The translations under genes and the position numbers were made by a program. Below, one piece after another: positions 1 through 9,665 of a stretch of DNA of 64,000 nt. The DNA is from a plasmid. The notes beneath the pieces were generated by a model, which saw only the letters and a program-made list of their open reading frames with translations, had not been told where the DNA came from and searched no databases. Numbering within the stretch: position 1 is the first letter of the stretch; each line of letters starts with the position of its first letter. The DNA is taken from sequence record CP071152.1, one strand, 5' to 3'.

Positions 1-242
1 CTGCACTGACGGTTGAATAGCGCCGAGGTTGATGTTGAATGAGGTATTTTGCGCCCCACCAGCCAACACAATGGCCCCATCATCACTCCGAGGCTGACCG
101 TAGAAGATCATGTCCACGCCATCCTGCACCTTGCCATTGGCATAGAGGCGGAAAGCCGAGACATCCACGTCAGCGCCCGAGAGCACCCGCACGATCAGCG
201 GCTGGGTTGGAACGGGGGCGTTGCCCCCTTGGATGAGTTCCA
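1..242 (-). CDS. TerD-domain protein, N-terminal portion; the gene runs off the window start. Its start codon directly follows the stop of the downstream TerD gene.
   Basis: The minus-strand translation begins MELIQGGNAPVPTQPLIVRVLSGADVDVSAFRLYANGKVQDG, which is TerD/TerA-like. The ATG at 242..240 abuts the TerD stop at 245..243. Confidence 0.5.
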
Positions 243-842
243 TTACTGCACCAGTTGCGCGAGGATCTGGATGTACATGTCATCGATGGTGCGGCCAGTA
301 CAGGCCATACCTTGAGCGGTAAAGGCCCACTCGCCGCCCTTGCGTTCGAGCGAGGCGATCAGAACCCCAGTGTGGCTACCTTGTTCGGTCAACTTGAACT
401 TCGCCAGCTCTTTGCCATTCTGGTCAACGACGCGGCAGTAGGCATTTTCAACCTCATTAAAGGTTTGACCACGGAAGCTGTTCACGGTGAATGCGAGGTG
501 TTCCACATTGCTCGGCAGCTTGGTCAGGTCAACGTAGATGGTTTCATCGTCGCCATCCCCCTCACCTGTCAGGTTGTCACCGCTGTGCTTGATAGAGCCG
601 CACTTGGACTTGGTTTGACGGAACCAGACGGTATCGATTTTGTTGCCACGCGCATCCAGCAGCACGACGCTGGCATCCAGATCGATTGAGTCGCTGCTAC
701 CGCCACCGAACATCTTGCCGAAGAAGCCGCTCTTTGCCTTGGCCGGATCCCAGCCCAAACCGAATTCGAGCTTGGTGAGCGCCGCGCCAGACTGCTTTGC
801 CAGCGAGATGGTTTGGTGTTTTGCAAGAGATACTGAATTCAT
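243..842 (-). CDS. terD: TerD-family tellurium-resistance protein (TerD/TerE/TerZ-like)
   Basis: The 199-aa ORF carries the GLGWD motif and the TerD-domain Ca-binding-like region GDNLTGEGDGDDE. Its size and motifs are typical of TerD/TerE. Confidence 0.85.
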   Translation of the reverse strand: MNSVSLAKHQTISLAKQSGAALTKLEFGLGWDPAKAKSGFFGKMFGGGSSDSIDLDASVVLLDARGNKIDTVWFRQTKSKCGSIKHSGDNLTGEGDGDDETIYVDLTKLPSNVEHLAFTVNSFRGQTFNEVENAYCRVVDQNGKELAKFKLTEQGSHTGVLIASLERKGGEWAFTAQGMACTGRTIDDMYIQILAQLVQ

Positions 843-994
843 CTGTTACTCTTCCTTATCTGATTTAAAAATATCGTCATTGTTCACAAGACGACATACC
901 GAGCTTCGAGCAATACCTTTTAACACTTGCAGCAACTCTTGTCTCGGATGGGTATGAACCGAATGCGTCTATTGTTAGCCATCCCACAGATTGA

Positions 995-1287
995 GGTCAA
1001 TCATAATCTGACCGAGTTTTTTGCAATTTTTCACGTTTTGAATTCATTTTTTTTAATTTTACAACTTGATGAATTTTTAAAAAAAATGCGTTACTCAAGC
1101 TGATATATCAAGCGAACGGCAAGTTTACTTAAGCTTTCACTAATAAATGGCTGGACATCATCTTTAGGAAGTAAGGCATGTTGCACCATCGTCAACATTA
1201 AAACCTAACGCCCTACCATCTGCCCTTCCTCTGCTTTATATAGTCGTCATGTCTCCAAGATGAAGTCAATCAAAATATGATTGACTT
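995..1287. promoter_or_regulatory. AT-rich divergent promoter region between the ter genes and the biosynthetic operon, containing two related inverted-repeat operator candidates
   Basis: GGTCA-N9-TGACC lies at 995..1013. A perfect 10-bp-arm palindrome AAGTCAATCA-aaatat-TGATTGACTT lies at 1263..1287. Both share a GTCAATCA core and both sit in the 517-bp intergenic region. Confidence 0.4.
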
Positions 1288-1359
1288 TAATCATCAGCAA
1301 GCATACAGTAACCCCACGAAAAGAACTTTCTTACTTTCTGCTTTTTAAAGGTCAACGCA

Positions 1360-2448
1360 ATGCTCAAGTCTATTTGGTTCATGGAGGGATTGTCCTCCCA
1401 GCGAGATATTGTCCTTGCTGTAACGGATATGCGTGAAAAACTAGGTCATGCATTTAAGGTGATAGCTTCACATCGAGGCAATCGTCCCGAAATCACCTCG
1501 GTAGCCGATGTTTCTTTGACTGAGCCAAAACAGGATTCAGAGCGTCTGGAGTTTATTAAAAATGTAGTGGCGAAGTTTAACGTCGCTGCAATTCATACTG
1601 GCCGTAATTGCCATTGGTTTGAAGAGCGCCGTCAGGAGATCGAATCTCTGGGGGTTTCTCTCACCACTGGCTCGATGGATCTCGATATGATTTCACTGGC
1701 CGACGACAAAGTACGTTACGCCCATTTCATGGAGCAATATAAGCTGCCTGTCGTGCCATCCGTGCAGATCAATGACGTCTCCGAGCTGGAAAGCCAAATC
1801 AGCTCGAAGCTCGTTGAGGGGGAGCTGTCCTGTATCAAGCCGGTCGTCGGCATTTACGGGATTGGTTTCTGGATCCTTGACCCTTCGGTTGGCCCGATGG
1901 CCGCTTTCAGCAACCCTGACAATCGTCGTGTTCATCCTCACACCTATGTCTCGGCGATGCGCAGTGAAACCCCGAACAAGCTGCCCGAGTCCATGGTGAT
2001 GATGCCCTATCTGGTCGGCCCGGAGCGCTCGGTCGATATGTTGGTCGAGCAGGGCAAAGTCATTGCGGCGGTAAGTCGTCGTAAAGAAGGCCCCCTGCAA
2101 TACATTGAGCAATCCGGCGAAGCTTTCGAGTTAGCTAAAGCCTGTGCCGAACTGATGCGAGCTGATGGGCTGGTCAACGTCCAAACTCGCAACAACAGCG
2201 AGGGCAAGCCCTTGCTGCTTGAAATCAACATGCGCCCATCTGGCGGGATCTGCTATTCCCGCTCCTGCGGAATCAACCTGCCCGGCATCTTTGCCCTGCG
2301 CAAACTGGGGCTGATTGACCAAGAGACTGCGATTGCCATGGGCAAAGACGGCTTTACTCCTACGGTCGTGCGCTCTGTGAGCAGCGTTATTGCGCTCCCT
2401 GTGCAACAGGGTTCCGAAATTAAAGAAATCGAAGGCACTCAGGCATGA
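1360..2448 (+). CDS. ATP-grasp family amidoligase of the Ter-linked biosynthetic module
   Basis: 362-aa ORF with ATP-grasp-like glycine-rich and Mg-binding regions (LLLEINMRPSGG). It is the first gene of a five-gene operon with 4-bp gene overlaps. Confidence 0.75.
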   Translation: MLKSIWFMEGLSSQRDIVLAVTDMREKLGHAFKVIASHRGNRPEITSVADVSLTEPKQDSERLEFIKNVVAKFNVAAIHTGRNCHWFEERRQEIESLGVSLTTGSMDLDMISLADDKVRYAHFMEQYKLPVVPSVQINDVSELESQISSKLVEGELSCIKPVVGIYGIGFWILDPSVGPMAAFSNPDNRRVHPHTYVSAMRSETPNKLPESMVMMPYLVGPERSVDMLVEQGKVIAAVSRRKEGPLQYIEQSGEAFELAKACAELMRADGLVNVQTRNNSEGKPLLLEINMRPSGGICYSRSCGINLPGIFALRKLGLIDQETAIAMGKDGFTPTVVRSVSSVIALPVQQGSEIKEIEGTQA

Positions 2449-3578
2449 GTAATCACGAGCAAGTTTTCCAGCGCAAACTGTCAACTGGCACAGTGACCGT
2501 TGTCAGTCAGCAATCTGCGCCGCTGGACGATTTATTTGAAATTGCCGAGCGTCGTAATCCGAAGCGGGCGTTTCTGTTTGTCAGCAAATTGCTGGGTCGC
2601 CATATCCCCATCAAGCCAAACGTGATGCGAGACAGCTACAAGACGCTCGCGTCTCAAATGCCTGATGATCTGCCTGAGCCTGTCCTGTTTATCGGGATGG
2701 CCGAAACCGCTGTCGGCCTTGCTGCCGGGGTATATCAGGAAGCCAGCGCTTCCCTGTCTGAATCTGTGTTTCTGACATCAACCCGCCATCCGGTTGACGG
2801 TGATCTGCTGTGCGAGTTTAAAGAAAATCACTCTCATGCGACCGATCACCTTATCTACTGGCCGGAAGACCCGACACTGGCTGAACGTGTAGAAGAAGCG
2901 AAAACGCTGGTACTGATCGACGACGAGGCTACGACGGGCAACACCTTTGCCAACCTCTATGCCGCACTGGTGGATGCGGGACTGGATGGCATTGAACATC
3001 TGGTAGCCGTCACCCTGACCGACTGGAGTCAGGATGCCCTGATGGATAAAGTCGATGTACCTGCACTCACTTCCATCTCTCTCGCTCAAGGCAAATGGTC
3101 GTGGGAAGCAGATCCGCAAGCCAGCAGTCCTGTCATGCCGAGCGTGAATGTAACAGCCAAGGGAGCGGTTGATATCGTCGGCCCTCAGTGTTGGGGCCGT
3201 TTGGGAATGGATGAGACCTTCTGCCGGATTGGTTTGCATATCGAAGCCTCCCCGACTGACAAGGTGTTGGTACTTGGCACCAGCGAATTTGTCTGGCAGC
3301 CCTTCTTGCTGGCTGAAAAGCTGGAAAAACAGGGTGCTGACGTCTATTTCAGCTCAACCTCGCGTTCCCCTATTGCGATTGGTCACGCCATCAAATCTGC
3401 AATCACTTTCACCGATAACTACGGTCTGGGGATCCCGAATTTTGCCTACAACATCGCCCACCAGCGATTTGACCGAATTTATCTGTGTTGCGAGACACCT
3501 GCCTACAGCCTCGATCCGCTGCTGCTGACAGAACTGAAGGCTATCGCAAACCACGTTGAGATCATTACCTATGAGTAA
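2445..3578 (+). CDS. Phosphoribosyltransferase (PRTase) domain protein
   Basis: The PRPP-binding motif VLIDDEATTGNT is present. The start overlaps the ATP-grasp stop (ATGA). Confidence 0.75.
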   Translation: MSNHEQVFQRKLSTGTVTVVSQQSAPLDDLFEIAERRNPKRAFLFVSKLLGRHIPIKPNVMRDSYKTLASQMPDDLPEPVLFIGMAETAVGLAAGVYQEASASLSESVFLTSTRHPVDGDLLCEFKENHSHATDHLIYWPEDPTLAERVEEAKTLVLIDDEATTGNTFANLYAALVDAGLDGIEHLVAVTLTDWSQDALMDKVDVPALTSISLAQGKWSWEADPQASSPVMPSVNVTAKGAVDIVGPQCWGRLGMDETFCRIGLHIEASPTDKVLVLGTSEFVWQPFLLAEKLEKQGADVYFSSTSRSPIAIGHAIKSAITFTDNYGLGIPNFAYNIAHQRFDRIYLCCETPAYSLDPLLLTELKAIANHVEIITYE

Positions 3579-4368
3579 CCCAGCCATGACCAATACCATC
3601 GTTCGACCTGTTGTTCTTCCCGATCTGGACGACACACTGTTTCAGACCAAACGCAAAATGGTCAATGAGCTGGCACAAGAGCCCTTCCGTGTCGGGGCAC
3701 TGGATCGCAGCTTGAGCCCGCGCAGCTACATGAACGAAGAGCAAGCCATGCTGGTCGATTGGCTGCTGGCAAATGCCGAAGTTATCCCCGTCACTGCCCG
3801 TGGTACTGAAGAATTTTCGCGTGTGCAGATCCCCTTTACCTCTTGGGCGATCACCACCCACGGCGCGGTCATCCTGACCCCGGAGGGCAAGTGCGATCCA
3901 GAGTGGCAAGAGCACATCACAACCGCTCTACAACCCTATCGTCAGCGCCTGCTGGACATGCAGGAGGCCATTACGGAATTGATGGCTGAGCGCGGCATCG
4001 CAGCATGGGCACGTATCAATTATGAATACGACGATATGCCCATCTATCTGGTAATGAAGCATACCGACAGTACAAAGCTGCATGAACTCAACGCCATTGG
4101 CGATGAGGTTGAAGAAATTCTCGGGACAGATGGTTTCTATGTCCACCGCAATAGCAACAACATCGCGTGGCTACCGACTTGCATTGAAAAAGGACTCGCA
4201 GCTCAACACCTGTTGACCAAGTTGCGGGCAGAGCGCGGCACCTTCCCCACCATCGGCCTTGGCGACAGCCTGACCGATTTCAGTTTCCTTCGCCTCTGTT
4301 CTTGGTTTGGTATGCCGAAGCAAAGCCAGTTTGTTGATGCCATCAAGACCAACGTTTTTGGAGAGTAA
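3571..4368 (+). CDS. HAD-superfamily phosphatase
   Basis: HAD motif I (LPDLDDTLF) lies near the N-terminus. The ATG overlaps the upstream stop (ATGAGTAA). Confidence 0.7.
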   Translation: MSNPAMTNTIVRPVVLPDLDDTLFQTKRKMVNELAQEPFRVGALDRSLSPRSYMNEEQAMLVDWLLANAEVIPVTARGTEEFSRVQIPFTSWAITTHGAVILTPEGKCDPEWQEHITTALQPYRQRLLDMQEAITELMAERGIAAWARINYEYDDMPIYLVMKHTDSTKLHELNAIGDEVEEILGTDGFYVHRNSNNIAWLPTCIEKGLAAQHLLTKLRAERGTFPTIGLGDSLTDFSFLRLCSWFGMPKQSQFVDAIKTNVFGE

Positions 4369-4371
4369 CCT

Positions 4372-5454
4372 GTGACCACTAAACCCGTTTTTACCGGCTC
4401 TTACCGTGAAGGTGATGTCGAATTCCTGTTGACTCCTGTCACCATCGAACTGACCTCCGTTGAGGAAAAAGAGGCCCTGATCCAGTCGGGCAAAAAGCAC
4501 TACTCAGACATGCTGAGTCAAGAGCCTGCCCCGACCGCCTACCACCTCGATCTGTTCAGCAAGGCGACCACCATCGGAGCCAAGCGTCTGGCGACCGAAG
4601 TGATGATGCTGGCTGTTTCGCTACTCAAAGAGTACGGTAACACCCCGATTGTACTGGCAAGTCTGGTGCGAGCCGGTGTGCCGCTCGGGGTCATGCTGCA
4701 ACGCGCTCTGACCATGCTGGGTAAGGAGTCTTATCACTACGGCATCAGCATCATCCGTGATCGCGGGATTGACGAAGCGGCCCTCTCTGTTATCGAGCAG
4801 CGCCATGGCACTGAAGGCATCGTCTGGGTCGATGGCTGGACAGGCAAAGGCGCCATCACCAAAGAGCTGACCAAGGCCCTGTCTGGCCGCGCTGGCTATC
4901 CAGCTCAACCCCGGCTTGTGGTACTGGCCGATCCGTGCGGCTGCGCGTGGATGTCTGCCACTGAAGACGATTGGCTGATCCCGTTCGGTATCATGGGGGC
5001 GCCCGTATCTGGCATGATCTCCCGCTCTCTCTACAGCGAAGAAGGGTTCCATCAGTGCATGGTGTGCAACCATCTGACCGAGTATGAATGCGGTCTGGCG
5101 CTGGCTGATGCGGTTGAGGAATGCTGCCGCTCTGACAAGATGCTCGTCTCCCCTATCGATGTCGCTGCACTGGCCCCGGTGAAGGCTCAACTTTGGGAGC
5201 AGAGCAAGGTCGTCATTGCAATGCTGGCCGACCGATTCGAAATTTCCAGCATGAACCGCATCAAGCCGGGGATCGCCGAAGCGACCCGTGCTGTCCTGCG
5301 CCGAGTACCAGACCATGTGCTCGTGCGTTCCATCAATGACCCCGATGTCTCTCTGTTGGTCTATCTCGCCAAAGAGAAAGGCATTGAAATCACAGAAGTC
5401 GGTGATCTGATTGGTCAGTATCGCGCCGTGACCATTATTAAAAAGGTGATCTGA
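4372..5454 (+). CDS. PRTase-like protein (StiP-family style annotation) of the Ter-linked module
   Basis: GTG start. The PRTase-like motif IVWVDGWTGKGAI is present. The gene is tightly packed in the operon. Confidence 0.6.
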   Translation: MTTKPVFTGSYREGDVEFLLTPVTIELTSVEEKEALIQSGKKHYSDMLSQEPAPTAYHLDLFSKATTIGAKRLATEVMMLAVSLLKEYGNTPIVLASLVRAGVPLGVMLQRALTMLGKESYHYGISIIRDRGIDEAALSVIEQRHGTEGIVWVDGWTGKGAITKELTKALSGRAGYPAQPRLVVLADPCGCAWMSATEDDWLIPFGIMGAPVSGMISRSLYSEEGFHQCMVCNHLTEYECGLALADAVEECCRSDKMLVSPIDVAALAPVKAQLWEQSKVVIAMLADRFEISSMNRIKPGIAEATRAVLRRVPDHVLVRSINDPDVSLLVYLAKEKGIEITEVGDLIGQYRAVTIIKKVI

Positions 5455-6411
5455 ATGAAAAAAGGAATCTCTGCTTATGGTCTTGGGGCGACGCTGTACA
5501 TGCCCGCGACCCGCCATGACATCGTTGATACCATCGTGACCGGTAAAATTGTCGGACTGCGTTCACTGGTTTTCTGTCTTGAGGATGCTGTGACCGAGCA
5601 GGACTTAGCTGCTGCCATGGAAAACCTCAAGGGGATGCTGGTGGCCCTGTCGAAGGAAAAGCAGTGCCACAGCCTGATCGGTTGGCCGCTGATCTTCATC
5701 CGGCCTCGTAACGAGAAAATCGGTCAGCAGTTGGTCGATGAATACGATCTGAGCGCTGTAGATGGCTTTGTGCTGCCCAAGTTCACCCTTGCTAGCTTGG
5801 CAGACTGGTCAGCCGTGCTGGCGAATACTCACCTTCACTGGATGCCGACACTGGAAACTGAAGATGTTTTTGATGTCAATGCCATGCAAGAGCTGGTGGC
5901 TGCACTGGAAACCCATGAATGCCGTGACAAGATCATCGCATTGCGTATCGGCGGCAACGACCTGATGAACTGTGTATCGCTGCGTCGGTCTCGCGAGTTC
6001 ACCCTCTATGACGGCCCCATGGGGTATGTCATCAAAATGCTCGTCGCGGTATTTGGCCCCAAAGGGTTTGCCCTGACTGCACCTGTTTGCGAGCACATTG
6101 ATGACCACCGTCTCTTGGAGAAAGAGCTGGCCCTTGATGTCGCCCATGGCTTGGTCGGGAAGACTGCTATTCATCCGAATCAGATCGGGATTATTCAAAA
6201 AGCCCTGATGGTCAGCTCCCTTGACCACGAGGACGCTTTGCGTATTAATAATTCCTCCAAGGCCGTCTTCAAAGCTGGTGGTGCCATGTGTGAACCGGCG
6301 ACACATCGCCGTTGGGCACAAAGCATTTTGGATCGCGTCCACTACTTCGGTGTGGCTCAAGCACCTTCACCTGCCGCAGCTTCACCCTCGATGCAGGCTC
6401 AACACGGGTAA
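5455..6411 (+). CDS. HpcH/HpaI aldolase / citrate-lyase beta-subunit-like TIM-barrel lyase
   Basis: The 318-aa ORF follows the StiP-like gene by one base. It has a citrate-lyase-beta-like composition, with IALRIGGNDL and KTAIHPNQI motifs. Confidence 0.7.
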   Translation: MKKGISAYGLGATLYMPATRHDIVDTIVTGKIVGLRSLVFCLEDAVTEQDLAAAMENLKGMLVALSKEKQCHSLIGWPLIFIRPRNEKIGQQLVDEYDLSAVDGFVLPKFTLASLADWSAVLANTHLHWMPTLETEDVFDVNAMQELVAALETHECRDKIIALRIGGNDLMNCVSLRRSREFTLYDGPMGYVIKMLVAVFGPKGFALTAPVCEHIDDHRLLEKELALDVAHGLVGKTAIHPNQIGIIQKALMVSSLDHEDALRINNSSKAVFKAGGAMCEPATHRRWAQSILDRVHYFGVAQAPSPAAASPSMQAQHG

Positions 6412-6416
6412 CATCA

Positions 6417-7631
6417 ATGGGCTTTCGATTTCGTCGCAGCATTACCATTATTCCGGGCGTTCGACTGAACCTCAGTAATGGTAGCCCTAGCTTAAGTGTC
6501 GGCCCGAGGGGAGCGTCCATCTCCTTTGGTAGTCGCGGCACCTACGCAAACATAGGGCTAGCTGGCACGGGTCTGAGTTATCGAACCAGACTTGATAAAG
6601 CTGCTGCCTCATCAAACAACGCGGCAAGAGCTAGTGCCGAAACGAAAGAACAGTTACGTAGTTCGCTGCTGGCCTCTGCCGAGCAGATGAATACCGTGAT
6701 TGAGCAGGTGATCAATGTCCATACCATGACCCCGGATCCGACACTTGGGCATAGCATGGACGAGCTGCGCGAACATTATTTAAAAGCAGCCAGTCAGCCA
6801 TACTCCGTCGAGGCTCCTATCCGGCCAGCAAAGCCGGAGATCCCCCCTTCCCCTGTTCAACCGACAGGCGAAGAGGGAGCTGGTTTTTTTAAAAAGCTTT
6901 TCGAGTCCGATGCGGATAGACAAGAGAGGCAGACGCTTGCTCTCGCAAACTGGGAGCGAGCTGTACAGGACTGGGAAAGAGAGAAAAAGCTGACAGAGCA
7001 GCGCTATCAAAGCCAACGCGCTGCATGGGCCGAGCAGTATGCACTTTGGCAGAGTGAATCAACCCGTCACCAAGAAACGATGAGTGCATCCGTAGCGCAG
7101 GCAGGTATTCGCTTCGCCAGTGACACAGCCTTTTTTGAGGCGATTTTGGATGAAGTATTGAAGCAGATGGATTGGCCTCGGGAGACCGTCATCTCTTTCG
7201 AAGTAAATCCAGAAGAGTCCCTGACCCGGATCGATGTTGACCTGCCAGAGATTGAAGATCTGCCGCAAGCGACCTTTGCTCTGAATCGCCAAGGTACTCA
7301 GATTGTCGAGAAGGAAATGACTCAGAAGGCAATCAGGGAGGCTTATGCCCGTCATGTGCATGGCATTTTACTTCGGCTGATTGGAGCGACCCTGTACGCA
7401 CTACCTTTCGAGAACGTCAGCATCTGTGGATTTACTCAGCGGATCAGCAAAGCCACCGGTTACTTGGTCGATGACTACATTATCGAATGCATGGCAGACC
7501 GGGCTCGTTTTTTAAATATTAATTTTTCTGCACTGGACTCGATAGATCCGATAGAGGCAATAAATGCATTCAGCCCAAACCGGAAAATGACAGCAACATT
7601 TATTTTTCAGTCAATCATCACAACACAGTGA
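6417..7631 (+). CDS. DUF4236-like protein (conserved N-terminal domain, coiled-coil middle)
   Basis: The ORF starts MGFRFRRSITIIPGVRLNLSNGSPSLSVGPRGASISFGSRGTYANIGLAGTGLSYR at ATG 6417. The track ORF at 6312 is an upstream extension overlapping the aldolase gene. Confidence 0.65.
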   Translation: MGFRFRRSITIIPGVRLNLSNGSPSLSVGPRGASISFGSRGTYANIGLAGTGLSYRTRLDKAAASSNNAARASAETKEQLRSSLLASAEQMNTVIEQVINVHTMTPDPTLGHSMDELREHYLKAASQPYSVEAPIRPAKPEIPPSPVQPTGEEGAGFFKKLFESDADRQERQTLALANWERAVQDWEREKKLTEQRYQSQRAAWAEQYALWQSESTRHQETMSASVAQAGIRFASDTAFFEAILDEVLKQMDWPRETVISFEVNPEESLTRIDVDLPEIEDLPQATFALNRQGTQIVEKEMTQKAIREAYARHVHGILLRLIGATLYALPFENVSICGFTQRISKATGYLVDDYIIECMADRARFLNINFSALDSIDPIEAINAFSPNRKMTATFIFQSIITTQ

Positions 7632-7663
7632 TCCTCAAGCTATTTTAAAACGGTAATTTACGA

Positions 7664-8095
7664 ATGATGTTAAGCGCAAAACAGAAACGGGCATTCACTT
7701 TAGCGATATCGCTTTTTTCAGAAAAACATGTTTCTGCAACAAAAATCATTGAAGATCTTGGATGTTCTGAGGCGACGCTAACCCGCAGCCTTCGAGATCT
7801 GCGCGAAACCTACAATGTTACTATCAAGTACAGCAAAAGCACCCACTCATATCAGCTTACAGACACGGGGAACTTAACAAAGAAAGATATCTCCCATATG
7901 AAAACGGCTATCGAAAAACACGATGCATCTGATATAAACGATGAAACAGTCAGCCTCACGAAAATCAGGAAACGAGCAGTTACCCTCTCCCTGACCAACG
8001 CTGCAATTTCCGAGCTGGATAAGCGAGCTGCTGCCGAGGGGAAAACACGCAGCGATATTGTTGAATCGTTGATAAAAAATTCTGCAATCATCTAA
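7664..8095 (+). CDS. Small DNA-binding protein with an N-terminal HTH-like region and a C-terminal ribbon-helix-helix (CopG-like) region
   Basis: 143-aa ORF. The C-terminus RAVTLSLTNAAISELDKRAAAEGKTRSDIVESLI looks like an RHH. Confidence 0.45.
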   Translation: MMLSAKQKRAFTLAISLFSEKHVSATKIIEDLGCSEATLTRSLRDLRETYNVTIKYSKSTHSYQLTDTGNLTKKDISHMKTAIEKHDASDINDETVSLTKIRKRAVTLSLTNAAISELDKRAAAEGKTRSDIVESLIKNSAII

Positions 8096-8339
8096 AATAT
8101 TCGACTCCGGGCAAGCACCGCGTGGCCTCTGAAGTGTGCGTTTTGCTGCTGTCGAAGTAAACGCTTCTCGATGTTTCAGATAGTGATGGATAAGGAAAGT
8201 GCGAATAAGCAGGTCATTTCTTCCCAAGCTGGCTCGCTGATTAAAATTTCGCGGATCCGGGCCGATTGTTCTCCCGTAAACACCTCGAATTAGCCTATTT
8301 AGGCCGTTTTTTCGCCATTCCTGGCGTTATTTCCGGTTT

Positions 8340-8450
8340 TTAGTGAGATCTCTCCCACTGACGTATCATCTGGTCCACCCGAAACAGGTTGGCCAGGGTG
8401 AATAACATCGCCAGTTGGTTATCGTTTTTCTGTAGCCCCTTGTATCTGGC
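8340..8450 (-). pseudogene. 3' remnant of a DDE transposase, truncated by the IS3-family insertion
   Basis: The minus-strand translation ...[36 protein letters not shown]-stop resembles IS4/IS5-type transposase C-termini. It ends at the IS3 left inverted repeat. Confidence 0.3.
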
Positions 8451-8477
8451 TGTAATGACCCAGCCGTTCCTGCACAA

Positions 8478-9140
8478 CTAAGCGGCTTCGGCATAGGCCT
8501 GCGCCGGTGTTTTCATCTTTAGCGCCTGGTGAGGACGCTTCTGGTTGTAAAACTGGATCCAGTCGCCAATCACCCGACTGGCATGCTGCAAGGTCTCGAA
8601 CCTCTGCCGATGGGCACACTGCTCCTTGAGCGTTCTGATCACCCGCTCGACCATGCCGTTTTGTTCCGGCGTGTACGGCGTGATGAACTCCTGCTGCAAC
8701 CCATAGCTCTTCACCAGTGCTGTGTAGTTGCGGCTGGTAAACACCAACCCATTGTCGCTACGTAACAAAAACGGCGATGCAACTCGTCCCAAGCTGCCGA
8801 AGCGAGCAATTAAGGCTTGCTCCAGCGCTGCCTCGGCCGTTTTCGATTTACCACTGCGCGAGAGATGCCATCCCAGTAGTTCACGGGTATGGCAATCAAT
8901 CACCAGCGCCAAGGAACACCAGCCATCGCGACCAGCCCAGATCCGGCATAGGTCCGTCGCCCAGCGTTGGTTGGGCGCTGAGGCCACCGAAGGCAGGGCC
9001 TGGATCCGGGGGCGAAACCCAACCGGACGCTTGCGAACTTGCCAGCCCTTGAGCTGGAAGATGCGCTGTACCGTGTTCTTGTTGAACCCCAACAGGGCTG
9101 CAACCGTCCGGTAACCGAACGATGGGTTCTCCTCAATCAT
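8478..9140 (-). CDS. IS3-family transposase OrfB (integrase-core DDE). The N-terminal part is expected to be supplied by a -1 frameshift from orfA.
   Basis: rve-domain motifs: WATDLC, LRSDNG, YTPEQNGMVERV. Confidence 0.8.
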   Translation of the reverse strand: MIEENPSFGYRTVAALLGFNKNTVQRIFQLKGWQVRKRPVGFRPRIQALPSVASAPNQRWATDLCRIWAGRDGWCSLALVIDCHTRELLGWHLSRSGKSKTAEAALEQALIARFGSLGRVASPFLLRSDNGLVFTSRNYTALVKSYGLQQEFITPYTPEQNGMVERVIRTLKEQCAHRQRFETLQHASRVIGDWIQFYNQKRPHQALKMKTPAQAYAEAA

Positions 9141-9255
9141 GTTTTTGATCGGGGTGACCAGATGCTCCTGAAGCTTGGGCGCGGCCTTGACGCTGCGGTA
9201 GTACCAACTACGACGCGGCAGGCCAAACCAGCGGCAGAGCTTGCTGACGGAGACA

Positions 9256-9627
9256 TCAATACCTTCTGCGCGTAATCCCTGCTGAACATCGGCGACTATC
9301 TGTCGTCCTCGCCCAGCAGGGAGGCCAGCTTTTTTCTGGCGCGTAACTCCAGCATGGCCTCGCCATAAGCTTCCTGAAGTTCCTTGAGCTGCTTCTCGTA
9401 CTGCTCGCGAATATCCAGTGGCTTGGCCCGTAAGGCGTTTTCCATGCCCCGTTTGGCGTCACATCTACCCATTCTTCAATCTCGGAGGGCGGCAAATCAA
9501 AGGCTCGAGCCGCTTCGGCGACGGTGGTCTTGCCCTGAATGATTTCCATGACCAAGGCGGACTTGCGCTTGGCCGTCCAACGTTTGATTTCTTCGTCCAT
9601 CGTGATGCTCATGTCTGTGATCTCCAC
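9256..9627 (-). pseudogene. IS3-family OrfA with an internal frameshift separating its HTH N-terminus from its leucine-zipper C-terminus
   Basis: The N-terminus reads MEITDMSITMDEEIKRWTAKRKSALVMEIIQGKTTVAEAARAFDLPPSEIEEWVD. A canonical C-terminus (DAKRGMENALRAKPLDIREQYEKQLKELQEAYGEAMLELRARKKLASLLGEDDR-stop) sits in a different frame, implying an indel near 9465..9480. Confidence 0.55.
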
Positions 9628-9665
9628 TCATTATGACCTGAGCAGGATTTCAGTGGGTCATTACA

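Larger units (their letters stand above)
8451..9665 (-). mobile_element. IS3-family insertion sequence (1215 bp) with terminal inverted repeats
   Basis: TGTAATGACCCAG at 8451..8463 and its inverse CAGTGGGTCATTACA at 9651..9665. orfA and orfB lie in the minus orientation. An A-AAA-AAG slippery site is at about 9330..9337. Confidence 0.8.

Noticed and set aside
39-689. Plus-strand ORFs 39..236, 49..315 and 255..689
   Set aside because: They lie antisense to the TerD-domain genes. The translations have a GC-rich shadow-frame composition, with no RBS and no motif.
1693-3239. Minus-strand ORFs antisense to the ATP-grasp and PRTase genes
   Set aside because: These are shadow ORFs inside well-supported plus-strand genes.
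6312-6416. Upstream extension of the 439-aa ORF overlapping the aldolase gene
   Set aside because: The conserved DUF4236 N-terminus begins at Met 6417. The upstream part overlaps the preceding gene by 100 bp in another frame.
9539-9665. N-terminal part of the 141-aa ORF 9539..9964
   Set aside because: It reads through the IS3 right inverted repeat. Only the part from 9666 is a genuine IstB fragment.
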